Assembly (NCBI GenBank): GCA_963755915.1
Contig: CAVWLP010000002.1
Span: 4,736,001-4,800,000, forward strand
DNA: 64,000 bases
DNA from: an uncultured Phycisphaerales bacterium
GTDB lineage: Bacteria; Planctomycetota; Phycisphaerae; Tepidisphaerales; Tepidisphaeraceae
Reading direction: 5' to 3'
This document shows positions 31,811 to 41,777 of the stretch, in pieces. The notes under the pieces are model-generated. The model was not told the DNA's origin. It saw only the letters and a list, made by a program, of their open reading frames with translations, and did not search any database. Every line of letters begins with the position of its first letter. Position 1 is the stretch's first letter. Made by a program: the position numbers and the translations under genes.

Positions 31811-32358
31811 CTCCCAAACAGCGGGCCGGAAAAAAGAACGATCAACGTCGCGAAAAAAACGGGGACCGCGAACGGTAATGGGCGTTTGATCGCCCGGCAC
31901 GATTTGCCCGTTTCGACCGCATTTTGCAGGCCCAGCTCCGAAACACCGGCGAAGTTCACGGCAATCAAGGCGCTGTTCCGCAGCAGCGCGCCGGTTTTGC
32001 GCTGCACGGCCGCCTGAACCAGCACGATCGCCAAACCCAGGAGCGATTCGACCATGAAGATCAGAATCGCCGGTCCGGGCCCCACCCACGCCCCAACTGC
32101 CGCCAGCAGCTTCACGTCTCCGCCGCCCAGTGCCGAAATGGCGTAGAGCACGAGCGGGATGGCCCCGCCGGCGAGCATTCCTTCGACGGAATGCACGAAA
32201 CTGCCGGAGCCGCCGAAGCAAAGCGCACGTCCGAGTCCTGCCAGGAGCAGTCCAAAGGTCAGCCAGTTTGGAATCCTGCGCTGCCGGCTGTCGATGGCCG
32301 CGGCCACGGCAAGGGCACAAATCAGGGGCGCCGTGGCTACGAGGACGGATAAGTTCAT
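31807..32358 (-). CDS. cpaA: A24 prepilin peptidase CpaA/TadV
   Basis: D...RRIPNWL, GGGDVKLLAAVGAW, LPFAVP. Confidence 0.9.
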   Translation of the reverse strand: MNLSVLVATAPLICALAVAAAIDSRQRRIPNWLTFGLLLAGLGRALCFGGSGSFVHSVEGMLAGGAIPLVLYAISALGGGDVKLLAAVGAWVGPGPAILIFMVESLLGLAIVLVQAAVQRKTGALLRNSALIAVNFAGVSELGLQNAVETGKSCRAIKRPLPFAVPVFFATLIVLFSGPLFGR

Positions 32359-32377
32359 ATTGGCGGTTATCGACCAG

Positions 32378-32539
32378 CTACATGGATGAATTTAGGCTGT
32401 TCCATCGAGCCAGAACCTTGCCGCCAACTTTTCCAATTACCGCGATCGCGGCCACGACAATAAGGCCCGCGATGAGTGCGTATTCAAGGACTTCCCCCCC
32501 GGTTTCGTCACGTAGGAACCGAGTTATTTGTTTGAGCAT
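32378..32539 (-). CDS. flp: Flp type IVb pilin (downstream copy)
   Basis: MLKQITRFLRDETG-GEVLEYALIAGLIVVAAI. Confidence 0.9.
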   Translation of the reverse strand: MLKQITRFLRDETGGEVLEYALIAGLIVVAAIAVIGKVGGKVLARWNSLNSSM

Positions 32540-32580
32540 GGTGCATATTCCAAGTCCCCCCATGCTCCAAGTTAATTGAT

Positions 32581-32619
32581 AAAAGGGCGGTGGGCTCTGT
32601 TGATGGAAACCCACCGCCC
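32581..32619 (-). terminator. Intrinsic terminator between the two pilin genes
   Basis: 10-bp stem GGGCGGTGGG/CCCACCGCCC followed by TTTTAT on the minus strand. Confidence 0.7.
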
Positions 32620-32780
32620 AGTACTGTTTTGGAACTACTGCAGTAAGTTCGCAGACTTGGACTGACAGAGCGGGTTTCGGCACGCCGAGGAAAATTCCCG
32701 ACACGAACGGCGCCGGCCGGTAGCCGCGCCTGTCGGTCGATCCTTGTGCGTTGCCCGCATGCCAGGCCGTTGCCTGTGAC

Positions 32781-32951
32781 TTACATGCTGCTGTTAAGCG
32801 AGTTCCAGCGGGCCAGCACTTTGCCGCCGACCGAACCGATGACGGCGATTGCCGCCACGACGATCAGACCAGCGATCAAAGCGTACTCAAGAACCTCACC
32901 ACCCTGCTCGTCCTTGACCAGGCTGGCAACGAAATTCGAAATCGCCTTCAT
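32781..32951 (-). CDS. flp: Flp type IVb pilin (upstream copy; absent from ORF track)
   Basis: Translated by hand: MKAISNFVASLVKDEQGGEVLEYALIAGLIVVAAIAVIGSVGGKVLARWNSLNSSM*; GGGAG RBS. Confidence 0.9.
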   Translation of the reverse strand: MKAISNFVASLVKDEQGGEVLEYALIAGLIVVAAIAVIGSVGGKVLARWNSLNSSM

Positions 32952-33661
32952 GATATAATCTCCCGTAGAGGCGACATGACTTCCGCGTCACTACCAAGCC
33001 CCAAGGCCGGCAGCCGCGTCCCGGACTTCACGGCATTTAGCCGATCGATCTGGACTGACGCGCAAGCGCTGTTGCGCTGAAGACCGCACCGCCCAAATGC
33101 AGCACAGCCCCTCCAGGTCCGCTCAACCACCGCACCCGCGGAATGTCGAGCTAAAACCCGATTGCAACCCTCTCATCGGTCGCGCTACACGCTTGCTTAA
33201 CATCGACCGGCAATTTTTGCGGGGTGGTACGGATGTGGCAATTGAAGGAATGGAGGGGGAGATAAGGGAAGTGGGAAGGGATTTTATCGGACGGGATTTT
33301 TGGTGCTGGCGAGTTGAATGAATTGTGGGGTGGAGATGAATTTCGGCGCCCGGGGGCATCAAATACAAAATTGGACAGTCCGCAACAAACTGGGATGTTT
33401 GGGTAATCTGGGTAAGCGCAAAACGTGGTTTTGGACCATATTTGAGCACATATGTGATTTCGAGATAGCCACGCGATTCTCCGAAGTTGAGAGGTCATGG
33501 TGGCGAAAGGTGCGGATAAGAGACTCGTGCCGGGTTTGAGGGCTTGCTTCGGTACTACAGGAGGGTGACCTAGCGCTTTTTTGTTTCGGGTGCCGGTCGG
33601 AGCGCGGTGGAAGGCAAAATACAAATGCAATGCGGGGCGGAGGCAAAAACCCCTTGGACCC

Positions 33662-33708
33662 CCTTCGACGAGCTCAGGGCAGGCTCCTTCGACGAGCTCA
33701 GGGCAGGC
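33662..33708. repeat. Two tandem copies of CCTTCGACGAGCTCAGGGCAGGC (REP-like)
   Basis: Exact 23-nt duplicate at 24-nt period; related unit near 19775-19797. Confidence 0.75.
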
Positions 33709-33943
33709 AGCCGGTTTTCGCCTCCTCCCCGCACCCCTCCTCCACTTTCCGGGTTCACCAAACCGTCCAACGAATAAGACGAACGACTCGCGTGGTTCCA
33801 GTTTCTGAGTAGACGGAACCTGGCCCCTTTTTTGTGACCTACGGCGCAAGAAGCCGAATCCGGAAATTGACCGACTTAAAATCTCCCGTGTGTCCAAAAC
33901 CGGGGCCCGGCATCGCCGAGTATGGGCGGTACGGCCAATCCAT

Positions 33944-34420
33944 TTACGGGGTTTGTGATGGCAGATTGACGCGGGATGAACTGTAGTTAGTTGCAGGCGC
34001 CGAGATAAGGGACACTTTAGTGTAGGCAGTTACGGAAAATGCGTAAGTTTTTCCGGGCGTGAGGTTTGAAATTGTATCGGCTTCCGAACCAGCAGGTACC
34101 ACATCAACGACTTGCCAGGTCGCCTCATTGTCGTTCGATTGCCGAATAACATACTTCGCATCGATGCCTTCTACGTCCTTCCAGAAGAGCATCGCCTGCG
34201 TCGGGTTAGGAATTACAATTGAAAAGTTCGTGGGCTGTTGCGGACAAGCAATGTAGGCGGGCGAATTTGGGCCGTGAACGTCGAACGGGGAGTTGAGGGT
34301 CGGACCACTACGTTTCGGCTGGGCGGAAACGGCGGTGCGCGATGAATCTGGCGGTACCGTGGCACAGGCTCCAAGCGCGGAGACGAGGGACGCAATATAC
34401 CAAAATCGAGTTATTAACAT
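33944..34420 (-). CDS. Lipoprotein with fibronectin type III domain
   Basis: Lipobox LGAC; LFW...YVIRQS...W...NLTPGKTYAFSVTAY. Confidence 0.7.
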   Translation of the reverse strand: MLITRFWYIASLVSALGACATVPPDSSRTAVSAQPKRSGPTLNSPFDVHGPNSPAYIACPQQPTNFSIVIPNPTQAMLFWKDVEGIDAKYVIRQSNDNEATWQVVDVVPAGSEADTISNLTPGKTYAFSVTAYTKVSLISAPATNYSSSRVNLPSQTP

Positions 34421-34544
34421 CCATCGTAATATAGTGTTTGCTAGCTTAATTGGCAAATTAAACGGACGAGTGCACGTCCTTCTTTGGAGTACGGTTTGTT
34501 TTGAGTGAAGGTGGATGATCGGGAGTTTCCGCCGGTGAGGACAC

Positions 34545-36006
34545 CAATACTGTCCGGCATTTTGTATCACAAACGTGCGGTTGCGCCCTGGCGATGGTTG
34601 TGGTACATCAAGCCCCATGCCGCGAGCCAAACGGCCCCAGATCACAGAAGCCGATGTGAATGTGCCAGGGATCATCCGCCAGGTTCAGACGTTCGATCAA
34701 TATTGGCGCGATCATGTTCCGCCGGAGCATGGGAACGTCGCGCTCGGCGAAGTGGACGTGCTGATCGTTTTGCTCTGCGCTTTTTATGATCCGCTGGTTC
34801 GCTCGCTGCGCACGCTTGAGCAACTGGCGCAGGTTCCTTCAGTCAAATCGCATCTCAAAGCCCGTCAGGCTCCCAAAAGCACGCTCTCCGATGCGATGGC
34901 ACGCTTTCGCGTCGAGCATCTGCGTCCGCTGATTCAAGAGCTTCAAAAGCAACTGCCGCAGCTTCATCGGATGGACCCGGATCTGGATCGAGTCGCCGGG
35001 AAGATCGTGGCCGGCGACGGGTCTCTTTTTCGTCTGGCCGGCGAGGTGACCTGGGCCCTGCAGCGACGCAAGAACGGGGACGGCGACATCGATTCCCAGG
35101 TGCGCCTGAACCTGCAGGTGGACGTCAAACATTGGACGATGGAGAACTTTTCCATCAGCGGCAATGCCCACAAGGGAGGCGAAGCGGCGGCGATGAAGCC
35201 GATGCTGCAGCCTGGCGTGCTCTACCTCTTCGACCGCGCCTATTACCCCTATGAGTTCATCTGCTCCATCTTGGACATCGGCTCAGACTTCGTCGTGCGA
35301 CTCAAAAAGGACCTGACGCTTCGAGTGCAGGAGAGTCGTCCGCGGTGCGAAAAAGATATCGAATCAGGAGTACGGGAAGACCAATTCGGTCTGCTGGGCG
35401 TGGAAAACGGCCGCAAGGGCCAGCCCCCAGCACAGACGCTGCGCCTGGTGACCGTGTGGGATCCGATCAAGCAGGAACCGGTGCGACTGCTGACCAATCT
35501 GCTGGACGTGGAGGCGTGGGTGATCGCCATGCTCTATCGTTGCCGCTGGATCATCGAACTGTTCCTGCGCTGGCTGAAGGTGACGGCGGGATTCTCTCAT
35601 CTGTTGAGCACCAGCGCCAACGGCATCACCCCGCAGTTTTACGCGGCGACAATCTGTACGCTGCTGATTCACATTCGCACGGGCCTGCCGGTGGATAAAT
35701 ACAGCCTGGTGGCTCTGAGCCTGGTTTATCGCGGGCAATGCAGCTACGAGGATCAGTTGCCGGTGCTTATCAAGCGTCAGAGAGAGCGGATGTTGGAGAA
35801 AGCACGGCTGGCCCGCAAGAAACAATTGCAAAAAAAGCCCTGATTGCCGCGCGGGTTCATTCCTGGCTCAGGCGGCAAAGTGCCGATGCTGCGCGGAAAT
35901 AAGCATCTTTCCCCGAGAACGCCGAACCGCTGGCCCTGACAGCGTGAACATTTGCAAAACCGACCCCACCCTCAACCCACTCGGCTTATAATGCCGGACA
36001 GTATTG
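34545..36006 (+). mobile_element. IS4-family insertion sequence
   Basis: Perfect 17-bp TIR CAATACTGTCCGGCATT; 10-bp target duplication GTGAGGACAC (34535-34544, 36007-36016). Confidence 0.95.
34617..35843 (+). CDS. IS4-family DDE transposase
   Basis: AGDGS, LFDRAY, FVVRLK, LLTNL, YRCRWIIELFLRWLK (YREK motif). Confidence 0.95.
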   Translation: MPRAKRPQITEADVNVPGIIRQVQTFDQYWRDHVPPEHGNVALGEVDVLIVLLCAFYDPLVRSLRTLEQLAQVPSVKSHLKARQAPKSTLSDAMARFRVEHLRPLIQELQKQLPQLHRMDPDLDRVAGKIVAGDGSLFRLAGEVTWALQRRKNGDGDIDSQVRLNLQVDVKHWTMENFSISGNAHKGGEAAAMKPMLQPGVLYLFDRAYYPYEFICSILDIGSDFVVRLKKDLTLRVQESRPRCEKDIESGVREDQFGLLGVENGRKGQPPAQTLRLVTVWDPIKQEPVRLLTNLLDVEAWVIAMLYRCRWIIELFLRWLKVTAGFSHLLSTSANGITPQFYAATICTLLIHIRTGLPVDKYSLVALSLVYRGQCSYEDQLPVLIKRQRERMLEKARLARKKQLQKKP

Positions 36007-36054
36007 GTGAGGACACGGGCGGCACTTGAGGAACTGCAATTGAAAAGAGGGCTG

Positions 36055-39000
36055 TTATTTTCTGCGCCGGCGGCGGAATGTGACGATCGAGGTAGTCAGA
36101 AGAAGCGCCGCGGCGGCGGGTTCGGGGACGTTGGCGAACGTGGGTAACGGCAGGCCGTTGGCAACCGCAAAGGCGTCGAGGGCTTGGAAGTCGGCTGGAG
36201 AGACGGTTGCGTTGGCGCCGCTGTCACCCTGGCCGAAATTGGCGGCTAGAGCGCTGAAATCGGAGCCGTTGACCGAGGATGTGAAGAGGAAATTGCCCTG
36301 GTCCCAGTTGGTCGCGCCCAGTCCGAAATTTGCGGCGAGGATGCTGAAGTCGCTGCCGTTGACGGTACCGTCGAGGTTGGCATCGCCGACGAGCGTGTAC
36401 TTTAATTCGATCTGGCCGCTGGACAGGCCGGTAACGATCTTGTCGGCGCCGTCGGCGAAACCGACGCCGTAGTGAAGGCCGTTGGTGAGAGTTTGTGCGG
36501 AGGAGGAAATGATGCCGGTGCCGTCCCAGTTGCCGGAGGCGTAACCCGTTTTGAGATATCCGTAAATGGTGGCGATGGGATCGGAGTTGCTTCCGTAGTC
36601 GATAAAAAAATGGGTGTTCGTGAGGTCCAGCGTCCCGCCGCCGCTGATGGTCAAGGAAGCCAGCGTCTGAGTGGAATGAATTTGTAGGGATCCGCCCGTG
36701 ATTGAGACGGGGCCGGTGGGGTCGAGGGTTGCGCCGGCGCTAAAGACAGTGGTTCCGCTACTGACCTGGGCGGTTCCCGCGCCGGCAAGCGTGCTCGTGC
36801 CTGTAAAGGTGAAGGCGCCGCTTAAATTCAGTACGGCGCCGGTGCTGACGCTGAAGCTGCCGGATTCGATGCCGCCGCCGCTGAAGGCCATCGTTCCCAC
36901 CTGCACGGTGGCCTGCCCGGAGTTGTTAAATTCCGCTTCCATCGTGGTGAGTCCGCTGCCGGCGGATCTGGTGAAGGTTCCCTGGTTGTTGAAAACGTCG
37001 GGGACGGTGCTGCTCGAGGCGCGACCTTCATAGGTCGCGTTGGTCTGGACGTTGAAGGTAGCGCCGAGGAGATTATTGAAGATGGTGTTCTGGTCTGCGG
37101 TATTGTTGCCGACGGCGTCGATAGTGCCGGCGGTCCAGGTGGCAGTGGCAGAGTTGTTGAGGGTGGCGCCGGGGCTTAGTTCTACAAAGGCGCCGATGGA
37201 GATGCCGCCATTGGCGTTGAAGGTTTGGGCGGTTGTGCCGCTGCCCAGGGCGCCGCCGGTCCAAGTGAGGGCGCCGCTGGTGGAGACGGTGTCGGTGCCG
37301 CCGATCGTGCCGGAGCTCACTGAGATGGAAGAGGGGGTGATGGTCTGTCCGGTGGCGAAATTGACAGCTCCTCCGCTGACGGTGAGGGCGCCGGAGACGG
37401 TTACGTTGGATGAGTTGAAGTTGACGGTTGCGCCCGAGAAGGTGCTGGCGGAGGGATCGTAGGTAGCGCCGGAATTAAAGGTGGTGGTTCCGCTGCTGAA
37501 CTGGGCCGTCCCGGCGCCATTGAGCGTGCTGGCGCCGGTGAAGGTAAAGGTTCCGGACAAATTCAGGGCCGCGCCGGTGCTGACGCTGAAGCTGCCGGAT
37601 TCGATGCCGCCGCCGCTGAAGGCCATCGTTCCCACCTGCACGGTGGCCTGCCCGGAGTTGTTAAATTCCGCTTCCATCGTGGTGAGTCCGCTGCCGGCGG
37701 ATCTGGTGAAGGTTCCCTGGTTGTTGAAAACGTCGGGGACGGTGCTGCTCGAGGCGCGACCTTCATAGGTCGCGTTGGTCTGGACGTTGAAGGTAGCGCC
37801 GAGGAGATTATTGAAGATGGTGTTCTGGTCTGCGGTATTGTTGCCGACGGCGTCGATAGTGCCGGCGGTCCAGGTGGCAGTGGCAGAGTTGTTGAGGGTG
37901 GCGCCGGGGCTTAGTTCTACAAAGGCGCCGATGGAGATGCCGCCATTGGCGTTGAAGGTTTGGGCGGTTGTGCCGCTGCCCAGGGCGCCGCCGGTCCAAG
38001 TGAGGGCGCCGCTGGTGGAGACGGTGTCGGTGCCGCCGATCGTGCCGGAGCTCACTGAGATGGAAGAGGGGGTGATGGTCTGTCCGGTGGCGAAATTGAC
38101 AGCTCCTCCGCTGACGGTGAGGGCGCCGGAGACGGTTACGTTGGATGAGTTGAAGTTGACGGTTGCGCCCGAGAAGGTGCTGGCGGAGGGATCGTAGGTA
38201 GCGCCGGAATTAAAGGTGGTGGTTCCGCTGCTGAACTGGGCCGTCCCGGCGCCATTGAGCGTGCTGGCGCCGGTGAAGGTAAAGGTTCCGGACAAATTCA
38301 GGGCCGCGCCGGTGCTGACGCTGAAGCTGCCGGATTCGATGCCGCCGCCGCTGAAGGCCATCGTTCCCACCTGCACGGTGGCCTGCCCGGAGTTGTTAAA
38401 TTCCGCTTCCATCGTGGTGAGTCCGCTGCCGGCGGATCTGGTGAAGGTTCCCTGGTTGTTGAAAACGTCGGGGACGGTGCTGCTCGAGGCGCGACCTTCA
38501 TAGGTCGCGTTGGTCTGGACGTTGAAGGTAGCGCCGAGGAGATTATTGAAGATGGTGTTCTGGTCTGCGGTATTGTTGCCGACGGCGTCGATAGTGCCGG
38601 CGGTCCAGGTGGCAGTGGCAGAGTTGTTGAGGGTGGCGCCGGGGCTTAGTTCTACAAAGGCGCCGATGGAGATGCCGCCATTGGCGTTGAAGGTTTGGGC
38701 GGTTGTGCCGCTGCCCAGGGCGCCGCCGGTCCAAGTGAGGGCGCCGCTGGTGGAGACGGTGTCGGTGCCGCCGATCGTGCCGGAGCTCACTGAGATGGAA
38801 GAGGGGGTGATGGTCTGTCCGGTGGCGAAATTGACAGCTCCTCCGCTGACGGTGAGGGCGCCGGAGACGGTTACGTTGGATGAGTTGAAGTTGACGGTTG
38901 CGCCCGAGAAGGTGCTGGCGGAGGGATCGTAGGTAGCGCCGGAATTAAAGGTGGTGGTTCCGCTGCTGAACTGGGCCGTCCCGGCGCCATTGAGCGTGCT

Positions 39001-39786
39001 GGCGCCGGTGAAGGTAAAGGTTCCGGACAAATTCAGGGCCGCGCCGGTGCTGACGCTGAAGCTGCCGGATTCGATGCCGCCGCCGCTGAAGGCCATCGTT
39101 CCCACCTGCACGGTGGCCTGCCCGGAGTTGTTAAATTCCGCTTCCATCGTGGTGAGTCCGCTGCCGGCGGATCTGGTGAAGGTTCCCTGGTTGTTGAAAA
39201 CGTCGGGGACGGTGCTGCTCAAGGCGCGACCTTCATAGGTCGCGTTGGTCTGGACGTTGAAGGTAGCGCCGAGGAGATTATTGAAGATGGTGTTCTGGTC
39301 TGCGGTATTGTTGCCGACGGCGTCGATAGTGCCGGCGGTCCAGGTGGCAGTGGCAGAGTTGTTGAGGGTGGCGCCGGGGCTTAGTTCTACAAAGGCGCCG
39401 ATGGAGATGCCGCCATTGGCGTTGAAGGTTTGGGCGGTTGTGCCGTTGCCCAGGCTTCCGCCGGTCCAGGTCAGGAGGCCATCGACGGTCAGGGTGTCCT
39501 GGCCGGCGATAGTGCCACCGGAGAGAGCAAGCAACTGGATGGTGGGAGTGACATCGAGGGCAACGCTGCCATTTTTGATGACGACATCATAAAGGACACC
39601 GGCCGGCGTGCCGTTGTTGGGGTAATTGGGATTGGTGGACCAGTCGGCGGCGTTGGACCAGGTGCTGGTGGCGCCGTTCCAGGTGGCGCTGGTATCGCCA
39701 AAAGCGGCGTGATGGAGACCGCCCAGCAAACTGAATCCGCTAATGGCCAGGAGCAACGGGCGTCGACGATGGCATTTTTTTGACAT
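36055..39786 (-). CDS. Large PEP-CTERM surface protein with beta-strand repeats and dockerin-like domain
   Basis: Signal peptide; 245-aa repeats; GDANLDGTVNGSDF; VPEP + TM + RRRRRK. Confidence 0.9.
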   Translation of the reverse strand: MSKKCHRRRPLLLAISGFSLLGGLHHAAFGDTSATWNGATSTWSNAADWSTNPNYPNNGTPAGVLYDVVIKNGSVALDVTPTIQLLALSGGTIAGQDTLTVDGLLTWTGGSLGNGTTAQTFNANGGISIGAFVELSPGATLNNSATATWTAGTIDAVGNNTADQNTIFNNLLGATFNVQTNATYEGRALSSTVPDVFNNQGTFTRSAGSGLTTMEAEFNNSGQATVQVGTMAFSGGGIESGSFSVSTGAALNLSGTFTFTGASTLNGAGTAQFSSGTTTFNSGATYDPSASTFSGATVNFNSSNVTVSGALTVSGGAVNFATGQTITPSSISVSSGTIGGTDTVSTSGALTWTGGALGSGTTAQTFNANGGISIGAFVELSPGATLNNSATATWTAGTIDAVGNNTADQNTIFNNLLGATFNVQTNATYEGRASSSTVPDVFNNQGTFTRSAGSGLTTMEAEFNNSGQATVQVGTMAFSGGGIESGSFSVSTGAALNLSGTFTFTGASTLNGAGTAQFSSGTTTFNSGATYDPSASTFSGATVNFNSSNVTVSGALTVSGGAVNFATGQTITPSSISVSSGTIGGTDTVSTSGALTWTGGALGSGTTAQTFNANGGISIGAFVELSPGATLNNSATATWTAGTIDAVGNNTADQNTIFNNLLGATFNVQTNATYEGRASSSTVPDVFNNQGTFTRSAGSGLTTMEAEFNNSGQATVQVGTMAFSGGGIESGSFSVSTGAALNLSGTFTFTGASTLNGAGTAQFSSGTTTFNSGATYDPSASTFSGATVNFNSSNVTVSGALTVSGGAVNFATGQTITPSSISVSSGTIGGTDTVSTSGALTWTGGALGSGTTAQTFNANGGISIGAFVELSPGATLNNSATATWTAGTIDAVGNNTADQNTIFNNLLGATFNVQTNATYEGRASSSTVPDVFNNQGTFTRSAGSGLTTMEAEFNNSGQATVQVGTMAFSGGGIESGSFSVSTGAVLNLSGAFTFTGTSTLAGAGTAQVSSGTTVFSAGATLDPTGPVSITGGSLQIHSTQTLASLTISGGGTLDLTNTHFFIDYGSNSDPIATIYGYLKTGYASGNWDGTGIISSSAQTLTNGLHYGVGFADGADKIVTGLSSGQIELKYTLVGDANLDGTVNGSDFSILAANFGLGATNWDQGNFLFTSSVNGSDFSALAANFGQGDSGANATVSPADFQALDAFAVANGLPLPTFANVPEPAAAALLLTTSIVTFRRRRRK
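36836..39445. repeat. 735-bp tandem repeat, about 3.55 near-identical copies
   Basis: Units start at 36836, 37571, 38306, 39041; the only difference I noticed is G/A at 39221. Confidence 0.95.
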
Positions 39787-39938
39787 TTCTCCTCCGCTTC
39801 CTGTGAATAAATGTCGCCCACCGATTTGTTACGAAGATTTGCGAGCGGTAAAGGCTATATCAAAATTTAGCTGGGAGTGTCAAAAGAATTTGAGATTCAG
39901 CACAGGATGCGGGCCGGGTTGCGCGAATCCAAGCCGGC

Positions 39939-40691
39939 TCACCAAGGGAGCAATCGGAAGGTTGAATAGCCCTCGATTTTTTGGCCGGGCTTGGCGTTGG
40001 TGACTTCGACGAACTGCTTGGACCAAACTTTGATGATTCCTTCGACGTCGCCGTACCAGGTGAGGCCGCGGAAATCGATGATGGCGTATTGCTCGGATTC
40101 GCGGTCGGCGGCCTGCATGACGATCCTGCCGCTGTAGGCGTCGCTGGTGCGGGACTCGAAGGCGCAGCTGCTCTTGTCGCTGGCGGCGTCGCGGGCGAGG
40201 CTGATGCCGGTGCCGACGTAGAACGGGGCGTAGCCGAGGAGGTTGAGCAGGACCTTGCTGGGGACGATCTGGACGATGGCGACCTCGAAGATGAGGGTGT
40301 GCGGCTCGTGGCCGGGAGAGTCGAGCACCTGGAAATGATGTTTAGGATCGTCGCGATAGGCTTTGATGATCGTGGCGCGGGTAAAGTCGGCGATTTTTTG
40401 CACATCCTTCTCGATATCGGCCTTGCGATCGCCTTCCTGCCACTTGGTCATCTTGAGCATGTAGGAGGTGTTGACCTCGGCGACGTAGATCTTGTCGTAT
40501 TGATTGAGGTCGAGGTTGGGGTCGCGCCAGAATCTGTTGAAGGGAATGTTGGGGTCGGGCTTGAGGACCGCGGGGTCGGCGAAGCCGGCGCTGGGGGCGG
40601 GGGTGGCTTTGCAGCCGACGAGGAGCGCGGCGGCGAGGAGGAGGGAGAGACTTGTCCAGCGGATGATCAAGGGGCGGATGAGCGGGGGCAT
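39939..40691 (-). CDS. Lipoprotein, DUF3313-like
   Basis: Lipobox LLVGC; YDKIYVAEV; FESRTSDAYSG...AADR. Confidence 0.65.
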   Translation of the reverse strand: MPPLIRPLIIRWTSLSLLLAAALLVGCKATPAPSAGFADPAVLKPDPNIPFNRFWRDPNLDLNQYDKIYVAEVNTSYMLKMTKWQEGDRKADIEKDVQKIADFTRATIIKAYRDDPKHHFQVLDSPGHEPHTLIFEVAIVQIVPSKVLLNLLGYAPFYVGTGISLARDAASDKSSCAFESRTSDAYSGRIVMQAADRESEQYAIIDFRGLTWYGDVEGIIKVWSKQFVEVTNAKPGQKIEGYSTFRLLPW

Positions 40692-40849
40692 GTGGCCTCT
40701 TTCGCGGTTGGGGCTGGTAATAGGATAGGCGAGGATTTGAGGCGGGGCCAGTTTGGTGTTTTGAGTGCGACAATTGGCGCGGGCCAAAGAATGAGGGACG
40801 GGAATTCGGGAGCATAGTGCGAAAGCGCTCCCCTTCGGGTCGCGGCTAA

Positions 40850-41737
40850 GAAGCTGTTTCAAAACCGGTGTTTTTCCGTAAAATGAACTCCGACCATTCT
40901 ATCGCAAGGAGGCGATGTCATGGCAGTGGAACTGCTTCCCGACGAACTTTGGAACGAAGTACAGCCATTGTTGCCGCCGCACCACGTCTCGAAAAAAGGA
41001 GGACGTCCGCCGGCCGACGATCGGTTGTGTCTGCGCGCGTTGATCTTCATTCTCTGGAGCGGCATGCCGTACAACCTGTTACCAGCCGAGGTTTTCGGAG
41101 TCAGCGGCGTGACCGTCTGGCGACGATTCCGCGATTGGACTCGTGCCGGCGTTTGGCTGCGATTGCACCAGCTGCTGCTCAATGGGCTCGGTCGTCTCGG
41201 CGAGATCGACCTGCGGCGAGCCGTGGTCGATTCCGAATCGGTTCGCGCCATTTTTGGGGGCGCACACGGGGCCGAGTCCCGTAGATCGCAGGAAAAACGG
41301 GTGCAAACGTCACGTCATCACGGAGGCACAAGGCTTGCCGCTGTTGGTTCACACCACACCCGCCAACATCCGCGATGAGCAGCCGGTGCTCGAAATGGTC
41401 CAGAATCTTCCGCCGATTCAAGGGCCACGAGGTCGTCCCCGCAGCAAACCCGATGCTTTGGTTGGCGATCGCGGATATGGCTTCCCCTGGATCATCGCCG
41501 CCGTCGTCGCCTTGAAGATCAAAAGCCTGCTGGCTCCGCGCGGCAGCGAGCATGGCAGCGGTTTGGGAAAAGTGCGTTACGTCGTGGAACGCACGATGGC
41601 ATGGTTCGGCAACTGGCGTCGATTGCGAAGCTGCTACGAAAAGACCGCGACCCATTGGCAGGCCTACAACGAGTTGGCCGCATGCATGATTTGTTTCCGA
41701 CGAATTCATAAACTAACACGGGTTTTGAAATAGCCTC
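40850..41737 (+). mobile_element. IS5-family insertion sequence
   Basis: Imperfect 22-bp TIRs (19/22) GAAGCTGTTTCAAAACCGGTGT / ACACGGGTTTTGAAATAGCCTC; TAA duplicated on both sides. Confidence 0.9.
40920..41733 (+). CDS. IS5-family transposase split in two frames at TTTTTGGGGG (41251-41260)
   Basis: LPDELW..V.PLLP, GGRPP.DDR, VDSESVRA; then KRHVITEAQGLPL, GDRGY, RYVVERTMAW. Confidence 0.9.
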
Positions 41738-41777
41738 TAAACGTGGGTCCTTGAGTTGCTGAATCGTGGATCCGCAT

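Noticed and set aside
32952-33200. c-di-GMP riboswitch upstream of flp
   Set aside because: I could not find the GGCAAAC/GAAA/GACGCAAA core by eye; an Infernal search is needed.
33662-33708. Possible mini-CRISPR
   Set aside because: Two adjacent 23-nt copies with a 1-nt gap; this fits a REP-like repeat.
33151-33897. 248-aa minus-strand ORF
   Set aside because: Runs through repeat elements, has no recognisable motif, and lies in the likely tad upstream region.
36836-39445. Diversity-generating retroelement or repeat array
   Set aside because: In-frame tandem coding repeats, no adenine-specific variation and no reverse transcriptase.
34545-41737. Composite transposon carrying the PEP-CTERM gene
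   Set aside because: The flanking elements belong to different families and each has its own target duplication.
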